From the IMG/VR virus record IMGVR_UViG_3300028809_000014, positions 1 to 61,241 of that record: DNA of 61,241 nt, one strand, 5' to 3'. This DNA is from a virus. Taxonomy: Duplodnaviria; Caudoviricetes. The notes below the pieces were generated by a model. It was given only the letters and a program-made list of their open reading frames with translations. It was not told the origin of the DNA and ran no database searches. The translations under genes were made by a program, and so were the position numbers. Shown piece after piece: positions 56,477 through 61,241 of the stretch. Position 1 is the first letter of the stretch, and each line of letters starts with the position of its first letter.

Positions 56477-57046
56477 ATGACCGAAAAGCACGTTACTTCC
56501 ATGCGCATCGTCAACATGCAAAGCGCCGCCTACTCTGACGGTACCGCCAGCCTCATTAATTGCACGTTTAAGACGGGTATCGATGCGGCCCGCATCCTGG
56601 GTGACGGTACGTTGCAAAACCCGCTCTGCGTCGGTCCTACGCCCGATGCCATCGATCTGACGCTGGCGCCTTCGGATGACTTTCTCAGGAATGTGCTGTG
56701 CACGGCCTGCGAGGGCGGTTCGAACTACTGGGCCGCATTCAAGTGCCTGGAAACGCATGAGGGCGAGTACGGGCCGGAATGGCAACGTGTGCGCGTGACG
56801 GACGTGGAAGAAGTAGATACGGGCAAGCATGAGGTAGGTTTCACGGAATTGCGCGAGGGCATCCGCCGCATCCTGGCTGGCGATATGACCGACAAAGCCA
56901 GCCATGCACAGATCGCCGTGCACCATCGCGCGGCCCTGTTTCAAGCGCTCATCGCAGAGCCTGGGGGCGACGCGGGCATGGTTGACGGCGACCTCGCAGA
57001 CTGCGTTATGCAATGCGCGGCCCTGGGCCGCATCGTCTACGGTTAA
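56477..57046 (+). CDS. Conserved phage hypothetical protein
   Basis: RBS GAGG; EGGSNYWA, D...ADCVMQ.A.LG.IVYG. Confidence 0.68.
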   Translation: MTEKHVTSMRIVNMQSAAYSDGTASLINCTFKTGIDAARILGDGTLQNPLCVGPTPDAIDLTLAPSDDFLRNVLCTACEGGSNYWAAFKCLETHEGEYGPEWQRVRVTDVEEVDTGKHEVGFTELREGIRRILAGDMTDKASHAQIAVHHRAALFQALIAEPGGDAGMVDGDLADCVMQCAALGRIVYG

Positions 57047-57065
57047 GCACACACAAGGACTCATC

Positions 57066-57782
57066 ATGAAAACCATTGAACAATTGCAAGCCGAGCACGA
57101 AAAGCAAATCGCGGCACTCAAGGCAGAGCGTGCCATCGCAGATAAGCTGGTCGCGGCTGGCCTGCCTGCCCCCGACTATGTTGGCGGCGCGCTGTATGGG
57201 GCCATCGGCTTGACGTATCGCAGGGTGGGCAACATGAGCGCGGCTATCGACCTCATGAGCCGCTTCCCCTCTATCGTGCCTTTCGCAGTGCTGCGCGGTA
57301 GCTTCACCATCATGGCCGTTGAAAGTGCACTGTCTGAAAAGTACAGCGAATGCAAACGCGACACTGGGCGCACCAGTGGTGACTATGCGTGTCGCCTTGA
57401 CGTGCGGCATATCGAGGACTCGCCTGCGCCCACTGCGGCGCGCCTGGAGTTTTTCACGCGCATCGACGGAACGCTTTTCAGCGTCAGCCTTGAGTTTGGC
57501 TCGGGTTACATCGACTCATGCCCTGGCCTACGCCCCAGGCGTGTCGAAACCCGTGGTTTCAGAAACCGCCTTGAATCTGTCACGTTCAATGCAAACGAGG
57601 TTGCTTACAGCATGGCCGATGGTTTTCTTAGCTACGGCTCGGGCGATATGGGGCCTATCAAGAAAAGCGCGGATCACCGTTATCTGTTCGTGAGTGATCA
57701 CGGGCAGGATGAATGCACGATCAATGAATGCTCGCATGCAGTCGCGCAACTTCGCAACCTCGCAGCACAAATCGGAGAATGA
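57066..57782 (+). CDS. Hypothetical protein
   Basis: RBS AAGGA and ATG 57066. Confidence 0.62.
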   Translation: MKTIEQLQAEHEKQIAALKAERAIADKLVAAGLPAPDYVGGALYGAIGLTYRRVGNMSAAIDLMSRFPSIVPFAVLRGSFTIMAVESALSEKYSECKRDTGRTSGDYACRLDVRHIEDSPAPTAARLEFFTRIDGTLFSVSLEFGSGYIDSCPGLRPRRVETRGFRNRLESVTFNANEVAYSMADGFLSYGSGDMGPIKKSADHRYLFVSDHGQDECTINECSHAVAQLRNLAAQIGE

Positions 57783-58029
57783 CCATGGCTGACATTTTCA
57801 TTCTCAAGGTGTCGTGCGACAACGATGCATTTACTGACGGTGGCCGCGATGACGAGTTGGTCCGTATCCTGCGCGAGACCGCCGACAAGATTGAGCGCCT
57901 GGGCGCATCGGGCTTCTTTGAAACGATCCACGATATCAACGGTAACGCCGTTGGATCGCACGCGGTCAAACCGCGCGACTACTTCACCAACCATCCGCTT
58001 AGCGCACTCATCGGAGAATGACCATGGCT
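57771..58029 (+). repeat. Exact 20-bp direct repeat ATCGGAGAATGACCATGGCT flanking one gene
   Basis: Copies at 57771-57790 and 58010-58029. Confidence 0.9.
57785..58021 (+). CDS. Conserved small phage protein
   Basis: F.LK...DNDAF...ELVRILR..A..I......I.DINGN.VG. Confidence 0.65.
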   Translation: MADIFILKVSCDNDAFTDGGRDDELVRILRETADKIERLGASGFFETIHDINGNAVGSHAVKPRDYFTNHPLSALIGE

Positions 58030-58506
58030 TACTTCGCGACCTTTTTTCAATTCGCCGTGTACCCCGTGGGCAGCACTGAAGTTATCGAGGCATGTGGAGA
58101 CCGCGCCATCATCATTTTGGATGGCCGTGAGTCCACGCTTAACCATGAACGCATCGCCGCACGCGTGGCACGTGAGCGCGGCTATGTGGGGTACAAACTC
58201 CACAAGGGGTTGATCAACGGCCCGCACGTCAGCACGATGCTGCGCACGGTCTACCGTTACAGCGCATGCCTGCTTGACGGAACGGAACTGTATAAGCAAC
58301 ACACGGCGCAGGCCATCGGCGATGCAGTCATTGCACACGAGGAAGCGGCGCAAGGGCGTGGCCCTCAAATCGCCTACACGTATGACCACAAGGCCGGCCA
58401 AGCCTTCCCCTATACAACCTGGGCGCGCGATGAGTCCGGGCACTGGGTTGGATCGCAACACCGTTCGTTTGATGACGTGCGCGCCGCAGTCATCACACAC
58501 GCTTAA
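58024..58506 (+). CDS. Hypothetical protein
   Basis: RBS GGAG; EACGDR..IILDGR. Confidence 0.6.
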   Translation: MAYFATFFQFAVYPVGSTEVIEACGDRAIIILDGRESTLNHERIAARVARERGYVGYKLHKGLINGPHVSTMLRTVYRYSACLLDGTELYKQHTAQAIGDAVIAHEEAAQGRGPQIAYTYDHKAGQAFPYTTWARDESGHWVGSQHRSFDDVRAAVITHA

Positions 58507-58515
58507 GGGGTAATC

Positions 58516-58956
58516 ATGGCTCAACAATTCGCAAACGTGTCCTGCAAATACGGCGCGCCCATGGGTCGCAGTGCTGACGCAAACCTTGACGACTCGCCTA
58601 ACTCGGTGCGCCTGTTTCGTGTGAACCTCGATAGCGGCGGTTATGACGATGGCGGGGCTTACTGGGGCACTGGTTGCCGGCTCTACTGTGCTATCGATGC
58701 GGACGGCGCGCGTCAGTTCGTGCGGGCAATGACGCGTGAACGTGCGGCCTTTGTGTTGGGTGTCAGTGATCGCGCGTTGAAAGCCAAACTGCATCGCCAT
58801 GGCCTTGAATACGGCCAAGCGTTGATCGATGGCCGGGCACCCATGCCCATGGTGCAGCGTGGCTCCTGGGGCGAAGTGCAGGGCACGCGTGAGCACGCAA
58901 TGGAATGGATGCGCGAGTCCGGCCACTATCACGACGGAACACCGAAAGGGGAATGA
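58516..58956 (+). CDS. Conserved phage hypothetical protein
   Basis: YGAPMGR, RV.LDSGGYD.GGAYWG.G..LY. Confidence 0.68.
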   Translation: MAQQFANVSCKYGAPMGRSADANLDDSPNSVRLFRVNLDSGGYDDGGAYWGTGCRLYCAIDADGARQFVRAMTRERAAFVLGVSDRALKAKLHRHGLEYGQALIDGRAPMPMVQRGSWGEVQGTREHAMEWMRESGHYHDGTPKGE

Positions 58957-58958
58957 TC

Positions 58959-59084
58959 ATGTTTAGCGCTACCACGTATCAAGGCAAGCCGGCTGTTTAC
59001 GACTCGGTTTCCCGGGTGTTCTATTTCTGCAATTCTCATCGTCGTGCGGTTGAGTGGGCGCGCGAATTGAACGAGGGGAAGTGA
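58959..59084 (+). CDS. 41-aa hypothetical protein (not in ORF track)
   Basis: RBS AGGGG; MFSATTYQGKPAVYDS...ELNEGK fills the gap exactly. Confidence 0.5.
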   Translation: MFSATTYQGKPAVYDSVSRVFYFCNSHRRAVEWARELNEGK

Positions 59085-59086
59085 TC

Positions 59087-59473
59087 ATGAAAACACACAA
59101 AGCCATTCGCAACCGCTGGGCGCTTCGCATTCAACCCGGCGACCGCGTTGACTACCACTCTGCCCGCGTGGCCGGGTGTATCAACAGGGGCACGGTCGAG
59201 CGCATCCAAACCGAGTCAACGGGCGTGCGGGTTGTCATGACCTCAGGCGCAACATGCGCGCCGGATGACGTGACCGTGGTGCATATCGAAAAGGGCGCGC
59301 CCGTGCTGCGTCGCGGTGCGGGTATCGAAGTGCCTACGACTCGCAACGGTCGGCCCCGCTATCGCTGGGTGCAGGGTTGGTTTATCGACTACGGCCATGG
59401 CCGCGTCAGCACGCTCATGCGTCTCGCCGAAGCGCGGGCCGTGCTGCGTGAAGCAAAGGGAAAGCAAGCATGA
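59087..59473 (+). CDS. Hypothetical protein
   Basis: RBS GAGGGG; IQPGDRV SH3-like start. Confidence 0.58.
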   Translation: MKTHKAIRNRWALRIQPGDRVDYHSARVAGCINRGTVERIQTESTGVRVVMTSGATCAPDDVTVVHIEKGAPVLRRGAGIEVPTTRNGRPRYRWVQGWFIDYGHGRVSTLMRLAEARAVLREAKGKQA

Positions 59474-59787
59474 TCAAAATCGAACAAATCGGCCTGCCTG
59501 TTGAGGGCACGTCGTGGAGCTACGGCGCCAGCCATATGCGTCAAATCCATATCCGTGACGCGGGTGCACTTTGCGGCCTGTACCCGATGCCCCGCATGGG
59601 GGAGGAAACGATTGTCGGCATCAAACCCGACGTTCGTTTCTCGGGCTTTAAAAAGCGGCTTGTCGTAATGAACGTGGCCGGGGCTTACTTCCTCGCCAGC
59701 AGTGACGCGCCCGTTAGCGAGTGGCCTGCCGTGTTTGGCGTCGAGGTCATCGGGCCCATGGTCGAGACGCATAAGGGGAAAGCATGA
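59470..59787 (+). CDS. Hypothetical protein
   Basis: ATGA coupling. Confidence 0.58.
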   Translation: MIKIEQIGLPVEGTSWSYGASHMRQIHIRDAGALCGLYPMPRMGEETIVGIKPDVRFSGFKKRLVVMNVAGAYFLASSDAPVSEWPAVFGVEVIGPMVETHKGKA

Positions 59788-60071
59788 AAACGCTCGAATG
59801 GGACAACTATGAATTCAAGGTCGCGGCTCACTTCCTGGCGGCCATGATCAACGGCGACTTCAGCGGCATGACTTCGGATGAGTGCATGGCGTACCGCACG
59901 TTTGAACAGGCAGCGTATGCCACCGCAAAGGCAAGCGGGCTCACGGTGGGGCACTGGGCCGATGACCCGGACGACAGTGAAGGCAATGGCTACGGCGTGT
60001 GCGCGATCACTGGTGAAGTCGCAGGACGCGTGCCGGTCAAACTCATGTGCTATCGGGCGGTGGATGCATGA
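59784..60071 (+). CDS. Conserved small phage protein
   Basis: AMINGDFSGM..DE...G.CAITG. Confidence 0.6.
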   Translation: MKTLEWDNYEFKVAAHFLAAMINGDFSGMTSDECMAYRTFEQAAYATAKASGLTVGHWADDPDDSEGNGYGVCAITGEVAGRVPVKLMCYRAVDA

Positions 60072-60274
60072 TGACAACCCCACGCATCCGTAACGTAGAC
60101 CGCAAGCCCTGGCGCCCTGGTGCATGGATCACTGAAGGCGGCGACGTGGTGTTTGTGCCATCGGAACAGGCGAACCAAGCGGCCATGGCAACGATCAACG
60201 GAACGCCCGTAGTCATCGCCCGTGCCATGGCCGCCGCAGATCACACCATCAACTCCAAAAAGGACCAATCGTGA
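60068..60274 (+). CDS. Hypothetical protein
   Basis: ATGA coupling. Confidence 0.5.
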   Translation: MMTTPRIRNVDRKPWRPGAWITEGGDVVFVPSEQANQAAMATINGTPVVIARAMAAADHTINSKKDQS

Positions 60275-60576
60275 AATTCAAAGACATTCCCCCAGGCTTC
60301 CGTTTTCACCTTGAGGGTGATCTGCCCGGCGCGTCCGACCGGGTGAAGATTGACGGCACGCGGTCGATGTTCGTTGACGTGGTAGGCAACACGTCGGGGC
60401 CGGTAGAGCGCATGCCAGCTAACACCCTGGTGAAGCCCCGCCCCATGCAGGCCGCACGCCCGACCATGACCAGCCGCGCAGTGACGGCCTATATCGGCGG
60501 GGTCATCCGCGAGGCCCGGATGCGGGGCTTTGATGAATCGACGCCCATGCGTGCGCTGGGTAAGGGACAGGCATGA
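60271..60576 (+). CDS. Hypothetical protein
   Basis: RBS AAGGA; KFKDIPPG.RF. Confidence 0.58.
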   Translation: MKFKDIPPGFRFHLEGDLPGASDRVKIDGTRSMFVDVVGNTSGPVERMPANTLVKPRPMQAARPTMTSRAVTAYIGGVIREARMRGFDESTPMRALGKGQA

Positions 60577-60749
60577 GCCCGGGTGCATGGTGGATGACCC
60601 TGCTATCGGGCCTATGCGCCCTGGTGGGGGTAGGTGCTGGGGCTTGGACATACTATGTGGATCGTGACCCCGTGAGTGCTGTCCTAGTGCTGGTGGGCAT
60701 GGTATTCGTGTCTGCCTTCCTTCAGCCGGAGTCGCCCCTACGCACATAG
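60573..60749 (+). CDS. 58-aa two-TM membrane protein (not in ORF track)
   Basis: MSPGAWWMTLLSGLCALVGVGAGAWTYYVDRDPVSAVLVLVGMVFVSAFL...; ATGA coupling; followed by terminator. Confidence 0.55.
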   Translation: MSPGAWWMTLLSGLCALVGVGAGAWTYYVDRDPVSAVLVLVGMVFVSAFLQPESPLRT

Positions 60750-60775
60750 GCTAGGCCCTACCCTCTGACTCATCG

Positions 60776-60802
60776 ACCCGCCCTAGTGGCGGGTTTTCTT
60801 TT
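60776..60802 (+). terminator. Terminator of rightward small-gene operon
   Basis: ACCCGCC-CTAGT-GGCGGGT then TTTCTTTT. Confidence 0.78.
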
Positions 60803-61241
60803 GGCCCCTCGCACAGTGCTGCGGCAGGGGTACACACGGGGCGCCTAACCGCAATGGTCGGGCCTATGCATGCCTACCCATGGGCATGGCCCTACAGCTA
60901 CACCACGAGACGCATAGACCTGCCTACAGCTACACCCTGTGGCAGGGGGAACGGGCGCGCCTGCATGCGGCATGTGCGGGGCTTGGCCCTAGGCAAACGC
61001 TTTCCCTTTGCAGGCTATGCCATGGCACGGTCAATCAAACGCGCGCGTTTAAATCGTGGGCATGGGTACGCATGGGCATAGCAGGATGAGCCTACAGGGC
61101 ACGAACGTGTGCAGGACTGCCCGTGCTATGGCCTAGCCTGCGTTCGCCTCTCTGTGGGGCTGCGCGGGGGCACGGTGGGGCGGTCGGAGTCCCTGGCCGG
61201 TTGGCGATGGGTCCCTCTAGCCCTGGACGGCAGGCCGGGAG

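Larger units (their letters stand above)
1..61241. mobile_element. Tailed bacteriophage genome, Chi/Nazgul-like siphovirus (Casjensviridae-type), probably complete
   Basis: Full set of replication, lambda-like terminase/portal/S49 protease/decoration/capsid, tail, lysis and accessory modules in Chi-like order; non-coding ends; no host genes. Confidence 0.9.

Noticed and set aside
60854-61089. Two short ORFs after the last terminator
   Set aside because: No RBS, downstream of a terminator, in repetitive terminal sequence.
1-61241. tRNA genes, introns, inteins or stop-codon reassignment
   Set aside because: No cloverleaf or intein motifs noticed and core genes are intact in the standard code; checked by eye only.

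Overview
The window reads as a complete or near-complete ~61 kb high-GC tailed phage genome with Chi/BcepNazgul-like (Casjensviridae-type) organisation. Order: a non-coding left end with a cos-like sequence and an origin-like repeat array; a leftward AEP primase-helicase; a rightward replication block (Cas4-like nuclease, SSB, DNA polymerase, VRR-NUC, SNF2 helicase); lambda-like packaging and head genes; a siphovirus tail with a -1 frameshifted chaperone; fibres; a lysis cassette; a ~15 kb leftward accessory arm (dUTPase, DEDD exonuclease, RdgC, HTH proteins, lipoproteins); and a rightward cluster of small, probably early genes. I saw no integrase, tRNA, CRISPR array or transposase. Strongest unexplained signal: about 14 unrelated, mostly DNA-metabolism proteins end in an acidic tail plus a terminal hydrophobic residue (DDEF, SEDF, ADEF, DDDF, DEDF, DNDF, DGEI...), suggesting a genome-wide C-terminal docking code. 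Also notable: a family B rather than family A polymerase, a tail-tip gene apparently split by a duplicated-domain insert, a promoter family with a shared operator-like spacer, and a gene flanked by an exact 20-bp junction repeat. All family assignments come from motif recognition and synteny by eye; no database searches were run.
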